A DNA stretch of 64,000 bases from Laetmonice hystrix (lineage: Eukaryota). The position numbers and the translations under genes are program-made. Under the pieces are notes generated by a model that was given only the letters and a program-made list of their open reading frames with translations, was not told where the DNA came from and did not search any database. The first letter of the stretch is position 1; each line of letters begins with the position of its first letter. Of this stretch, positions 25,801 through 40,800 are shown piece after piece. Location of the stretch: the NCBI GenBank assembly GCA_965235115.1, contig OZ249436.1, positions 24,802,001 to 24,866,000 of the forward strand. The letters run 5' to 3'.

Positions 25801-28800
25801 CTTATGTCCGATATATCCCTGTCCGCTTAGTAGCACCCAGCCGGGCCCCCATTTTGACATTGCAACACCAATACAGCAAGTGCCCAGCTAACAGCACAAA
25901 TAACAGGATTCAGGGCTTTCTACCACGTTACAAGTCACAATAGATTGCTGCCTGTCGTAAAAATATACCAGACCATTTTAAAAAGTCACAGAACCCCAAT
26001 CCGGCCCTAATATGTCACTCCCAGTACCAATAGACGCTGGAAGCACCATCAACTGAAATTCAGGCCTAGAACCCACCTCTCTCTACCAATATCATGCACC
26101 TAGTCCGTATACGAGGTTGTAATTTACTTTAATCAACGGGCTGCGCCGCAGCAACCCACTCTGGTCTTTGCAATCTTTTTCAATATGCGTTAACATTTGT
26201 GACCAGCTCAACGCGCCTTGTAAAATTTTTCAAAGTGCGTAAAAGTGTGTGTCCACCCCGACACGCTTTCCAAACCACTATACCCACCGAGCGACATCCA
26301 CTCAAATACAGGCTTCGACCGATCCTCACTGTGCCAATAATCCGCCACAAGGCAAATTCAGTCAATGCAAGCTGGAAAATCGAATGTCAAACCTAATGCT
26401 CCCCCCCCCCAGCACGTTAACTGAAAATAATCAACTAGCTTGAAAACTAGAATATAGCTTTGTTAAGCTAACAATCTACTCTCCCAGCGCCATCAACTCG
26501 CATACAGGCGTAAAAGCAAACGCACTGCCCCATATAATGCTCCCAGCCTAAAACGATGTTGCAATTAATTTAAAATTAACAAGATGCACTAGTAATCCGA
26601 TCCAAGCCTAATTACGTCATTGCTAGTTTCATAACCAAATCTCACAGAAAATACCCCACCCGCGCACATAACCTGAAAATATTCAACTTTTATCTCCAAT
26701 GTATCCCTGTGCACCTAGTAGCACCCAAGCGGGCCCAATTTTGACATTCCAACACAAATACCGCAAATACCCGCCTAATGGCACAAAAAACTTTCTACCC
26801 CGTTGCAAGTCACATTAGCTTGCTGCTTGTCGTAAAAAATGGTGCAGACCATTTCTAAAGTCACAGTACCCCACTCCCGGCCTAATATTACGTTTCAGTA
26901 TCCATATACGCTGCAAGCGGCAGGAACTCGAATACAGGCCTAAAAGTAACCCCAGTCTAGCAATATCATACTCTCATGCCATATACGAGCTTGTAATTAT
27001 CTTTAATTAATGGGCTCCGCAGCACCAACCCACTGCATTAACATTTGTTTAACAGCTTAACGCACCTTGTAAAAAATTTTCAAGTGCGTAAAAATGCGTG
27101 TCCACCTCCACATACTTTAAAAATCACTATACCCACCCAGCGACATTCACTCTAATACACGCCTAAGAGGAACTTCACTGTCCCATTTGATTCTCCAGCA
27201 CGTATAGGATGTTTCAAGTAACATTTATCCACGGTCTGGCCCAATAACGTGCAACAAGGCATAGTAAGTCAATGCGACCTCGCATGTCAAACCTAACCCG
27301 CCCCCCAGCACATGAGCTGGAGATATTCAAATAGCTTGAAAACTAGAATATAGCTTTGCTTAATACCATTATACCATCAACTCGCATTACAGGCCTAATG
27401 CGAAGCTCCCAGCCTAAAACGAGTTTCCAATTAATTTAAAGTTAACAAGATGCACTAATAATCGATTCCAAGCCTAATTAGGCCATTGCTAGTTGGATAA
27501 CCAAATCTCATACAAAATACACCCTCCCGGCAGATGACCTGAGAATATTCAACTCTTATGTCCGATATATCCCTGTCCGCTTAGTAGCACCCAGCCGGGC
27601 CCCCATTTTGACATTGCAACACCAATACAGCAAGTGCCCAGCTAACAGCACAAATAACAGGATTCAGGGCTTCCTACCACGTTACAAGTCACAATAGATT
27701 GCTGCCTGTCGTAAAAATATACCAGACCATTTTAAAAAGTCACAGAACCCCAATCCGGCCCTAATATGTCACTCCCAGTACCAATAGACGCTGGAAGCAC
27801 CATCAACTGAAATTCAGGCCTAGAACCCACCTCTCTCTACCAATATCATGCACCTAGTCCGTATACGAGGTTGTAATTTACTTTAATCAACGGGCTGCGC
27901 CGCAGCAACCCACTCTGGTCTTTGCAATCTTTTTCAATATGCGTTAACATTTGTGACCAGCTCAACGCGCCTTGTAAAATTTTTCAAAGTGCGTAAAAGT
28001 GTGTGTCCACCCCGACACGCTTTCCAAACCACTATACCCACCGAGCGACATCCACTCAAATACAGGCTTCGACCGATCCTCACTGTGCCAATAATCCGCC
28101 ACAAGGCAAATTCAGTCAATGCAAGCTGGAAAATCGAATGTCAAACCTAATGCTCCCCCCCCCCAGCACGTTAACTGAAAATAATCAACTAGCTTGAAAA
28201 CTAGAATATAGCTTTGTTAAGCTAACAATCTACTCTCCCAGCGCCATCAACTCGCATACAGGCGTAAAAGCAAACGCACTGCCCCATATAATGCTCCCAG
28301 CCTAAAACGATGTTGCAATTAATTTAAAATTAACAAGATGCACTAGTAATCCGATCCAAGCCTAATTACGTCATTGCTAGTTTCATAACCAAATCTCACA
28401 GAAAATACCCCACCCGCGCACATAACCTGAAAATATTCAACTTTTATCTCCAATGTATCCCTGTGCACCTAGTAGCACCCAAGCGGGCCCAATTTTGACA
28501 TTCCAACACAAATACCGCAAATACCCGCCTAATGGCACAAAAAACTTTCTACCCCGTTGCAAGTCACATTAGCGTGCTGCTTGTCGTAAAAAATGGTGCA
28601 GACCATTTCTAAAGTCACAGTACCCCACTCCCGGCCTAATATTACGTTTCAGTATCCATATACGCTGCAAGCGGCAGGAACTCGAATACAGGCCTAAAAG
28701 TAACCTCAGTCTAGCAATATCATACTCCCATGCCATATACGAGCTTGTAATTATCTTTAATTAATGGGCTCCGCAGCACCAACCCACTGCATTAACATTT

Positions 28801-31800
28801 GTTTAACAGCTTAACGCACCTTGTAAAATTTTTTCAAGTGCGTAAAAATGCGTGTCCACCTCCACATACTTTAAAAATCACTATACCCACCCAGCGACAT
28901 CCACTCTAATACACGCCTAAAAGGAACTTCACTGTCCCATTTGATTCTCCAGCACGTATAGGATGTTTCAAGTAACATTCATCCACGGTCTGGCCCAATA
29001 ACGTGCAACAAGGCATAGTAAGTCAATGCGAGCTCGCATGTCAAACCTAACCCGCCCCCAAGCACATGAGCTGAAAATATTCAAATAGCTTGAAAACTAG
29101 AATATAGCTTTGCTTAATACCATTATACCATCAACTCGCATTACAGGCCTAATGCGAAGCTCCCAGCCTAAAACGAGTTTCCAATTAATTTAAAGTTAAC
29201 AAGATGCACTAATAATCGATTCCAAGCCTAATTAGGCCATTGCTAGTTGGATAACCAAATCTCATACAAAATACACCCTCCCGGCAGATGACCTGAGAAT
29301 ATTCAACTCTTATGTCCGATATATCCCTGTCCGCTTAGTAGCACCCAGCCGGGCCCCCATTTTGACATTGCAACACCAATACAGCAAGTGCCCAGCTAAC
29401 AGCACAAATAACAGGATTCAGGGCTTCCTACCACGTTACAAGTCACAATAGATTGCTGCCTGTCGTAAAAATATACCAGACCATTTTAAAAAGTCACAGA
29501 ACCCCAATCCGGCCCTAATATGTCACTCCCAGTACCAATAGACGCTGGAAGCACCATCAACTGAAATTCAGGCCTAGAACCCACCTCTCTCTACCAATAT
29601 CATGCACCTAGTCCGTATACGAGGTTGTAATTTACTTTAATCAACGGGCTGCGCCGCAGCAACCCACTCTGGTCTTTGCAATCTTTTTCAATATGCGTTA
29701 ACATTTGTGACCAGCTCAACGCGCCTTGTAAAATTTTTCAAAGTGCGTAAAAGTGTGTGTCCACCCCGACACGCTTTCCAAACCACTATACCCACCGAGC
29801 GACATCCACTCAAATACAGGCTTCGACCGATCCTCACTGTGCCAATAATCCGCCACAAGGCAAATTCAGTCAATGCAAGCTGGAAAATCGAATGTCAAAC
29901 CTAATGCTCCCCCCCCCCAGCACGTTAACTGAAAATAATCAACTAGCTTGAAAACTAGAATATAGCTTTGTTAAGCTAACAATCTACTCTCCCAGCGCCA
30001 TCAACTCGCATACAGGCGTAAAAGCAAACGCACTGCCCCATATAATGCTCCCAGCCTAAAACGATGTTGCAATTAATTTAAAATTAACAAGATGCACTAG
30101 TAATCCGATCCAAGCCTAATTACGTCATTGCTAGTTTCATAACCAAATCTCACAGAAAATACCCCACCCGCGCACATAACCTGAAAATATTCAACTTTTA
30201 TCTCCAATGTATCCCTGTGCACCTAGTAGCACCCAAGCGGGCCCAATTTTGACATTCCAACACAAATACCGCAAATACCCGCCTAATGGCACAAAAAACT
30301 TTCTACCCCGTTGCAAGTCACATTAGCTTGCTGCTTGTCGTGAAAAATGGTGCAGACCATTTCTAAAGTCACAGTACCCCACTCCCGGCCTAATATTACG
30401 TTTCAGTATCCATATACGCTGCAAGCGGCAGGAACTCGAATACAGGCCTAAAAGTAACCCCAGTCTAGCAATATCATACTCACATGCCATATACGAGCTT
30501 GTAATTATCTTTAATTAATGGGCTCCGCAGCACCAACCCACTGCATTAACATTTGTTTAACAGCTTAACGCACCTTGTAAAATTTTTTCAAGTGCGTAAA
30601 AATGCGTGTCCACCTCCACATACTTTAAAAATCACTATACCCACCCAGCGACATTCACTCTAATACACGCCTAAGAGGAACTTCACTGTCCCATTTGATT
30701 CTCCAGCACGTATAGGATGTTTCAAGTAACATTTATCCACGGTCTGGCCCAATAACGTGCAACAAGGCATAGTAAGTCAATGCGAGCTCGCATGTCAAAC
30801 CTAACCCGCCCCCCAGCACATGAGCTGGAGATATTCAAATAGCTTGAAAACTAGAATATAGCTTTGCTTAATACCATTATACCATCAACTCGCATTACAG
30901 GCCTAATGCGAAGCTCCCAGCCTAAAACGAGTTTCCAATTAATTTAAAGTTAACAAGATGCACTAATAATCGATTCCAAGCCTAATTAGGCCATTGCTAG
31001 TTGGATAACCAAATCTCATACAAAATACACCCTCCCGGCAGATGACCTGAGAATATTCAACTCTTATGTCCGATATATCCCTGTCCGCTTAGTAGCACCC
31101 AGCCGGGCCCCCATTTTGACATTGCAACACCAATACAGCAAGTGCCCAGCTAACAGCACAAATAACAGGATTCAGGGCTTTCTACCACGTTACAAGTCAC
31201 AATAGATTGCTGCCTGTCGTAAAAATATACCAGACCATTTTAAAAAGTCACAGAACCCCAATCCGGCCCTAATATGTCACTCCCAGTACCAATAGACGCT
31301 GGAAGCACCATCAACTGAAATTCAGGCCTAGAACCCACCTCTCTCTACCAATATCATGCACCTAGTCCGTATACGAGGTTGTAATTTACTTTAATCAACG
31401 GGCTGCGCCGCAGCAACCCACTCTGGTCTTTGCAATCTTTTTCAATATGCGTTAACATTTGTGACCAGCTCAACGCGCCTTGTAAAATTTTTCAAAGTGC
31501 GTAAAAGTGTGTGTCCACCCCGACACGCTTTCCAAACCACTATACCCACCGAGCGACATCCACTCAAATACAGGCTTCGACCGATCCTCACTGTGCCAAT
31601 AATCCGCCACAAGGCAAATTCAGTCAATGCAAGCTGGAAAATCGAATGTCAAACCTAATGCTCCCCCCCCCCCCAGCACGTTAACTGAAAATAATCAACT
31701 AGCTTGAAAACTAGAATATAGCTTTGTTAAGCTAACAATCTACTCTCCCAGCGCCATCAACTCGCATACAGGCGTAAAAGCAAACGCACTGCCCCATATA

Positions 31801-34800
31801 ATGCTCCCAGCCTAAAACGATGTTGCAATTAATTTAAAATTAACAAGATGCACTAGTAATCCGATCCAAGCCTAATTACGTCATTGCTAGTTTCATAACC
31901 AAATCTCACAGAAAATACCCCACCCGCGCACATAACCTGAAAATATTCAACTTTTATCTCCAATGTATCCCTGTGCACCTAGTAGCACCCAAGCGGGCCC
32001 AATTTTGACATTCCAACACAAATACCGCAAATACCCGCCTAATGGCACAAAAAACTTTCTACCCCGTTGCAAGTCACATTAGCTTGCTGCTTGTCGTAAA
32101 AAATGGTGCAGACCATTTCTAAAGTCACAGTACCCCACTCCCGGCCTAATATTACGTTTCAGTATCCATATACGCTGCAAGCGGCAGGAACTCGAATACA
32201 GGCCTAAAAGTAACCCCAGTCTAGCAATATCATACTCTCATGCCATATACGAGCTTGTAATTATCTTTAATTAATGGGCTCCGCAGCACCAACCCACTGC
32301 ATTAACATTTGTTTAACAGCTTAACGCACCTTGTAAAAAATTTTCAAGTGCGTAAAAATGCGTGTCCACCTCCACATACTTTAAAAATCACTATACCCAC
32401 CCAGCGACATTCACTCTAATACACGCCTAAGAGGAACTTCACTGTCCCATTTGATTCTCCAGCACGTATAGGATGTTTCAAGTAACATTTATCCACGGTC
32501 TGGCCCAATAACGTGCAACAAGGCATAGTAAGTCAATGCGAGCTCGCATGTCAAACCTAACCCGCCCCCCAGCACATGAGCTGGAGATATTCAAATAGCT
32601 TGAAAACTAGAATATAGCTTTGCTTAATACCATTATACCATCAACTCGCATTACAGGCCTAATGCGAAGCTCCCAGCCTAAAACGAGTTTCCAATTAATT
32701 TAAAGTTAACAAGATGCACTAATAATCGATTCCAAGCCTAATTAGGCCATTGCTAGTTGGATAACCAAATCTCATACAAAATACACCCTCCCGGCAGATG
32801 ACCTGAGAATATTCAACTCTTATGTCCGATATATCCCTGTCCGCTTAGTAGCACCCAGCCGGGCCCCCATTTTGACATTGCAACACCAATACAGCAAGTG
32901 CCCAGCTAACAGCACAAATAACAGGATTCAGGGCTTCCTACCACGTTACAAGTCACAATAGATTGCTGCCTGTCGTAAAAATATACCAGACCATTTTAAA
33001 AAGTCACAGAACCCCAATCCGGCCCTAATATGTCACTCCCAGTACCAATAGACGCTGGAAGCACCATCAACTGAAATTCAGGCCTAGAACCCACCTCTCT
33101 CTACCAATATCATGCACCTAGTCCGTATACGAGGTTGTAATTTACTTTAATCAACGGGCTGCGCCGCAGCAACCCACTCTGGTCTTTGCAATCTTTTTCA
33201 ATATGCGTTAACATTTGTGACCAGCTCAACGCGCCTTGTAAAATTTTTCAAAGTGCGTAAAAGTGTGTGTCCACCCCGACACGCTTTCCAAACCACTATA
33301 CCCACCGAGCGACATCCACTCAAATACAGGCTTCGACCGATCCTCACTGTGCCAATAATCCGCCACAAGGCAAATTCAGTCAATGCAAGCTGGAAAATCG
33401 AATGTCAAACCTAATGCTCCCCCCCCCCCAGCACGTTAACTGAAAAAAATCAACTAGCTTGAAAACTAGAATATAGCTTTGTTTAGCTAACAATCTACTC
33501 TCCCAGCGCCATCAACTCGCATACAGGCGTAAAAGCAAACGCACTGCCCCATATAATGCTCCCAGCCTAAGACGATGTTGCAATTAATTTAAGATTAACA
33601 AGATGCACTAGTAATCCGATCCAAGCCTAATTACGTCATTGCTAGTTTCATAACCAAATCTCACAGAAAATACCCCACCCGCGCACATAACCTGAAAATA
33701 TTCAACTTTTATCTCCAATGTATCCCTGTGCACCTAGTAGCACACAAGCGGGCCCAATTTTGACATCCCAACACAAATACCGCAAATACCCGCCTAATGG
33801 CACAAAAAACTTTCTACCCCGTTGCAAGTCACATTAGCGTGCTGCTTGTCGTAAAAAATGGTGCAGACCATTTCTAAAGTCACAGTACCCCACTCCCGTC
33901 CTAATATTACGTTTCAGTATCCATATACGCTGCAAGCGGCAGGAACTCGAATACAGGCCTAAAAGTAACCTCAGTCTAGCAATATCATACTCCCATGCCA
34001 TATACGAGCTTGTAATTATCTTTAATTAATGGGCTCCGCAGCACCAACCCACTGCATTAACATTTGTTTAACAGCTTAACGCACCTTGTAAAATTTTTTC
34101 AAGTGCGTAAAAATGCGTGTCCACCTCCACATACTTTAAAAATCACTATACCCACCCAGCGACATCCACTCTAATACACGCCTAAAAGGAACTTCACTGT
34201 CCCATTTGATTCTCCAGCACGTATAGGATGTTTCAAGTAACATTCATCCACGGTCTGGCCCAATAACGTGCAACAAGGCATAGTAAGTCAATGCGAGCTC
34301 GCATGTCAAACCTAACCCGCCCCCAAGCACATGAGCTGAAAATATTCAAATAGCTTGAAAACTAGAATATAGCTTTGCTTAATACCATTATACCATCAAC
34401 TCGCATTACAGGCCTAATGCGAAGCTCCCAGCCTAAAACGAGTTTCCAATTAATTTAAAGTTAACAAGATGCACTAATAATCGATTCCAAGCCTAATTAG
34501 GCCATTGCTAGTTGGATAACCAAATCTCATACAAAATACACCCTCCCGGCAGATGACCTGAGAATATTCAACTCTTATGTCCGATATATCCCTGTCCGCT
34601 TTGTAGCACCCAGCCGGGTCCCCATTTTGACATTGCAACACCAATACAGCAAGTGCCCAGCTAACAGCACAAATAACAGGATTCAGGGCTTCCTACCACG
34701 TTACAAGTCACAATAGATTGCTGCCTGTCGTAAAAATATACCAGACCATTTTAAAAAGTCACAGAACCCCAATCCGGCCCTAATATGTCACTCCCAGTAC

Positions 34801-37800
34801 CAATACACTCTGGAAGCACCATCAACTGAAATTCAGGCCTAGAACCCACCTCTCTCTACCAATATCATGCACCTAGTCCGTATACGAGGTTGTAATTTAC
34901 TTTAATCAACGGGCTGCGCCGCAGCAACCCACTCTGGTCTTTGCAATCTTTTTCAATATGCGTTAACATTTGTAACCAGCTCAACGCGCCTTGTAAAATT
35001 TTTCAAAGTGCGTAAAAGTGTGTGTCCACCCCGACACGCTTTCCAAACCACTATACCCACCGAGCGACATCCACTCAAATACAGGCTTCGACCGATCCTC
35101 ACTGTGCCAATAATCCGCCACAAGGCAAATTCAGTCAATGCAAGCTGGAAAATCGAATGTCAAACCTAATGCTCCCCCCCCCCCAGCACGTTAACTGAAA
35201 ATAATCAACTAGCTTGAAAACTAGAATATAGCTTTGTTAAGCTAACAATCTACTCTCCCAGCGCCATCAACTCGCATACAGGCGTAAAAGCAAACGCACT
35301 GCCCCATATAATGCTCCCAGCCTAAAACGATGTTGCAATTAATTTAAAATTAACAAGATGCACTAGTAATCCGATCCAAGCCTAATTACGTCATTGCTAG
35401 TTTCATAACCAAATCTCACAGAAAATACCCCACCCGCGCACATAACCTGAAAATATTCAACTTTTATCTCCAATGTATCCCTGTGCACCTAGTAGCACCC
35501 AAGCGGGCCCAATTTTGACATTCCAACACAAATACCGCAAATACCCGCCTAATGGCACAAAAAACTTTCTACCCCGTTGCAAGTCACATTAGCTTGCTGC
35601 TTGTCGTAAAAAATGGTGCAGACCATTTCTAAAGTCACAGTACCCCACTCCCGGCCTAATATTACGTTTCAGTATCCATATACGCTGCAAGCGGCAAGAA
35701 CTCGAATACAGGCCTAAAAGTAACCCCAGTCTAGCAATATCATACTCTCATGCCATATACGAGCTTGTAATTATCTTTAATTAATGGGCTCCGCAGCACC
35801 AACCCACTGCATTAACATTTGTTTAACAGCTTAACACACCTTGTAAAATTTTTTCAAGTGCGTAAAAATGCGTGTCCACCTCCACATACTTTAAAAATCA
35901 CTATACCCACCCAGCGACATCCACTCTAATACACGCCTAAAAGGAACTTCACTGTCCCATTTGATTCTCCAGCACGTATAGGATGTTTCAAGTAACATTC
36001 ATCCACGGTCTGGCCCAATAACGTGCAACAAGGCATAGTAAGTCAATGCGAGCTCGCATGTCAAACCTAACCCGCCCCCAAGCACATGAGCTGAAAATAT
36101 TCAAATAGCTTGAAAACTAGAATATAGCTTTGCTTAATACCATTATACCATCAACTCGCATTACAGGCCTAATGCGAAGCTCCCAGCCTAAAACGAGTTT
36201 CCAATTAATTTAAAGTTAACAAGATGCACTAATAATCGATTCCAAGCCTAATTAGGCCATTGCTAGTTGGATAACCAAATCTCATACAAAATACACCCTC
36301 CCGGCAGATGACCTGAGAATATTCAACTCTTATGTCCGATATATCCCTGTCCGCTTAGTAGCACCCAGCCGGGCCCCCATTTTGACATTGCAACACCAAT
36401 ACAGCAAGTGCCCAGCTAACAGCACAAATAACAGGATTCAGGGCTTCCTACCACGTTACAAGTCACAATAGATTGCTGCCTGTCGTAAAAATATACCAGA
36501 CCATTTTAAAAAGTCACAGAACCCCAATCCGGCCCTAATATGTCACTCCCAGTACCAATAGACGCTGGAAGCACCATCAACTGAAATTCAGGCCTAGAAC
36601 CCACCTCTCTCTACCAATATCATGCACCTAGTCCGTATACGAGGTTGTAATTTACTTTAATCAACGGGCTGCGCCGCAGCAACCCACTCTGGTCTTTGCA
36701 ATCTTTTTCAATATGCGTTAACATTTGTGACCAGCTCAACGCGCCTTGTAAAATTTTTCAAAGTGCGTAAAAGTGTGTGTCCACCCCGACACGCTTTCCA
36801 AACCACTATACCCACCGAGCGACATCCACTCAAATACAGGCTTCGACCGATCCTCACTGTGCCAATAATCCGCCACAAGGCAAATTCAGTCAATGCAAGC
36901 TGGAAAATCGAATGTCAAACCTAATGCTCCCCCCCCCCCAGCACGTTAACTGAAAAAAATCAACTAGCTTGAAAACTAGAATATAGCTTTGTTTAGCTAA
37001 CAATCTACTCTCCCAGCGCCATCAACTCGCATACAGGCGTAAAAGCAAACGCACTGCCCCATATAATGCTCCCAGCCTAAGACGATGTTGCAATTAATTT
37101 AAGATTAACAAGATGCACTAGTAATCCGATCCAAGCCTAATTACGTCATTGCTAGTTTCATAACCAAATCTCACAGAAAATACCCCACCCGCGCACATAA
37201 CCTGAAAATATTCAACTTTTATCTCCAATGTATCCCTGTGCACCTAGTAGCACACAAGCGGGCCCAATTTTGACATCCCAACACAAATACCGCAAATACC
37301 CGCCTAATGGCACAAAAAACTTTCTACCCCGTTGCAAGTCACATTAGCGTGCTGCTTGTCGTAAAAAATGGTGCAGACCATTTCTAAAGTCACAGTACCC
37401 CACTCCCGGCCTAATATTACGTTTCAGTATCCATATACGCTGCAAGCGGCAGGAACTCGAATACAGGCCTAAAAGTAACCTCAGTCTAGCAATATCATAC
37501 TCCCATGCCATATACGAGCTTGTAATTATCTTTAATTAATGGGCTCCGCAGCACCAACCCACTGCATTAACATTTGTTTAACAGCTTAACGCACCTTGTA
37601 AAAAATTTTCAAGTGCGTAAAAATGCGTGTCCACCTCCACATACTTTAAAAATCACTATACCCACCCAGCGACATTCACTCTAATACACGCCTAAGAGGA
37701 ACTTCACTGTCCCATTTGATTCTCCAGCACGTATAGGATGTTTCAAGTAACATTTATCCACGGTCTGGCCCAATAACGTGCAACAAGGCATAGTAAGTCA

Positions 37801-40800
37801 ATGCGACCTCGCATGTCAAACCTAACCCGCCCCCCAGCACATGAGCTGGAGATATTCAAATAGCTTGAAAACTAGAATATAGCTTTGCTTAATACCATTA
37901 TACCATCAACTCGCATTACAGGCCTAATGCGAAGCTCCCAGCCTAAAACGAGTTTCCAATTAATTTAAAGTTAACAAGATGCACTAATAATCGATTCCAA
38001 GCCTAATTAGGCCATTGCTAGTTGGATAACCAAATCTCATACAAAATACACCCTCCCGGCAGATGACCTGAGAATATTCAACTCTTATGTCCGATATATC
38101 CCTGTCCGCTTAGTAGCACCCAGCCGGGCCCCCATTTTGACATTGCAACACCAATACAGCAAGTGCCCAGCTAACAGCACAAATAACAGGATTCAGGGCT
38201 TCCTACCACGTTACAAGTCACAATAGATTGCTGCCTGTCGTAAAAATATACCAGACCATTTTAAAAAGTCACAGAACCCCAATCCGGCCCTAATATGTCA
38301 CTCCCAGTACCAATAGACGCTGGAAGCACCATCAACTGAAATTCAGGCCTAGAACCCACCTCTCTCTACCAATATCATGCACCTAGTCCGTATACGAGGT
38401 TGTAATTTACTTTAATCAACGGGCTGCGCCGCAGCAACCCACTCTGGTCTTTGCAATCTTTTTCAATATGCGTTAACATTTGTGACCAGCTCAACGCGCC
38501 TTGTAAAATTTTTCAAAGTGCGTAAAAGTGTGTGTCCACCCCGACACGCTTTCCAAACCACTATACCCACCGAGCGACATCCACTCAAATACAGGCTTCG
38601 ACCGATCCTCACTGTGCCAATAATCCGCCACAAGGCAAATTCAGTCAATGCAAGCTGGAAAATCGAATGTCAAACCTAATGCTCCCCCCCCCAGCACGTT
38701 AACTGAAAAAAATCAACTAGCTTGAAAACTAGAATATAGCTTTGTTAAGCTAACAATCTACTCTCCCAGCGCCATCAACTCGCATACAGGCGTAAAAGCA
38801 AACGCACTGCCCCATATAATGCTCCCAGCCTAAAACGATGTTGCAATTAATTTAAAATTAACAAGATGCACTAGTAATCCGATCCAAGCCTAATTACGTC
38901 ATTGCTAGTTTCATAACCAAATCTCACAGAAAATACCCCACCCGCGCACATAACCTGAAAATATTCAACTTTTATCTCCAATGTATCCCTGTGCACCTAG
39001 TAGCACCCAAGCGGGCCCAATTTTGACATTCCAACACAAATACCGCAAATACCCGCCTAATGGCACAAAAAACTTTCTACCCCGTTGCAAGTCACATTAG
39101 CTTGCTGCTTGTCGTAAAAAATGGTGCAGACCATTTCTAAAGTCACAGTACCCCACTCCCGGCCTAATATTACGTTTCAGTATCCATATACGCTGCAAGC
39201 GGCAGGAACTCGAATACAGGCCTAAAAGTAACCCCAGTCTAGCAATATCATACTCTCATGCCATATACGAGCTTGTAATTATCTTTAATTAATGGGCTCC
39301 GCAGCACCAACCCACTGCATTAACATTTGTTTAACAGCTTAACGCACCTTGTAAAAAATTTTCAAGTGCGTAAAAATGCGTGTCCACCTCCACATACTTT
39401 AAAAATCACTATACCCACCCAGCGACATTCACTCTAATACACGCCTAAGAGGAACTTCACTGTCCCATTTGATTCTCCAGCACGTATAGGATGTTTCAAG
39501 TAACATTTATCCACGGTCTGGCCCAATAACGTGCAACAAGGCATAGTAAGTCAATGCGAGCTCGCATGTCAAACCTAACCCGCCCCCCAGCACATGAGCT
39601 GGAGATATTCAAATAGCTTGAAAACTAGAATATAGCTTTGCTTAATACCATTATACCATCAACTCGCATTACAGGCCTAATGCGAAGCTCCCAGCCTAAA
39701 ACGAGTTTCCAATTAATTTAAAGTTAACAAGATGCACTAATAATCGATTCCAAGCCTAATTAGGCCATTGCTAGTTGGATAACCAAATCTCATACAAAAT
39801 ACACCCTCCCGGCAGATGACCTGAGAATATTCAACTCTTATGTCCGATATATCCCTGTCCGCTTAGTAGCACCCAGCCGGGCCCCCATTTTGACATTGCA
39901 ACACCAATACAGCAAGTGCCCAGCTAACAGCACAAATAACAGGATTCAGGGCTTTCTACCACGTTACAAGTCACAATAGATTGCTGCCTGTCGTAAAAAT
40001 ATACCAGACCATTTTAAAAAGTCACAGAACCCCAATCCGGCCCTAATATGTCACTCCCAGTACCAATAGACGCTGGAAGCACCATCAACTGAAATTCAGG
40101 CCTAGAACCCACCTCTCTCTACCAATATCATGCACCTAGTCCGTATACGAGGTTGTAATTTACTTTAATCAACGGGCTGCGCCGCAGCAACCCACTCTGG
40201 TCTTTGCAATCTTTTTCAATATGCGTTAACATTTGTGACCAGCTCAACGCGCCTTGTAAAATTTTTCAAAGTGCGTAAAAGTGTGTGTCCACCCCGACAC
40301 GCTTTCCAAACCACTATACCCACCGAGCGACATCCACTCAAATACAGGCTTCGACCGATCCTCACTGTGCCAATAATCCGCCACAAGGCAAATTCAGTCA
40401 ATGCAAGCTGGAAAATCGAATGTCAAACCTAATGCTCCCCCCCCCCAGCACGTTAACTGAAAATAATCAACTAGCTTGAAAACTAGAATATAGCTTTGTT
40501 AAGCTAACAATCTACTCTCCCAGCGCCATCAACTCGCATACAGGCGTAAAAGCAAACGCACTGCCCCATATAATGCTCCCAGCCTAAAACGATGTTGCAA
40601 TTAATTTAAAATTAACAAGATGCACTAGTAATCCGATCCAAGCCTAATTACGTCATTGCTAGTTTCATAACCAAATCTCACAGAAAATACCCCACCCGCG
40701 CACATAACCAGAAAATATTCAACTTTTATCTCCAATGTATCCCTGTGCACCTAGTAGCACCCAAGCGGGCCCAATTTTGACATTCCAACACAAATACCGC

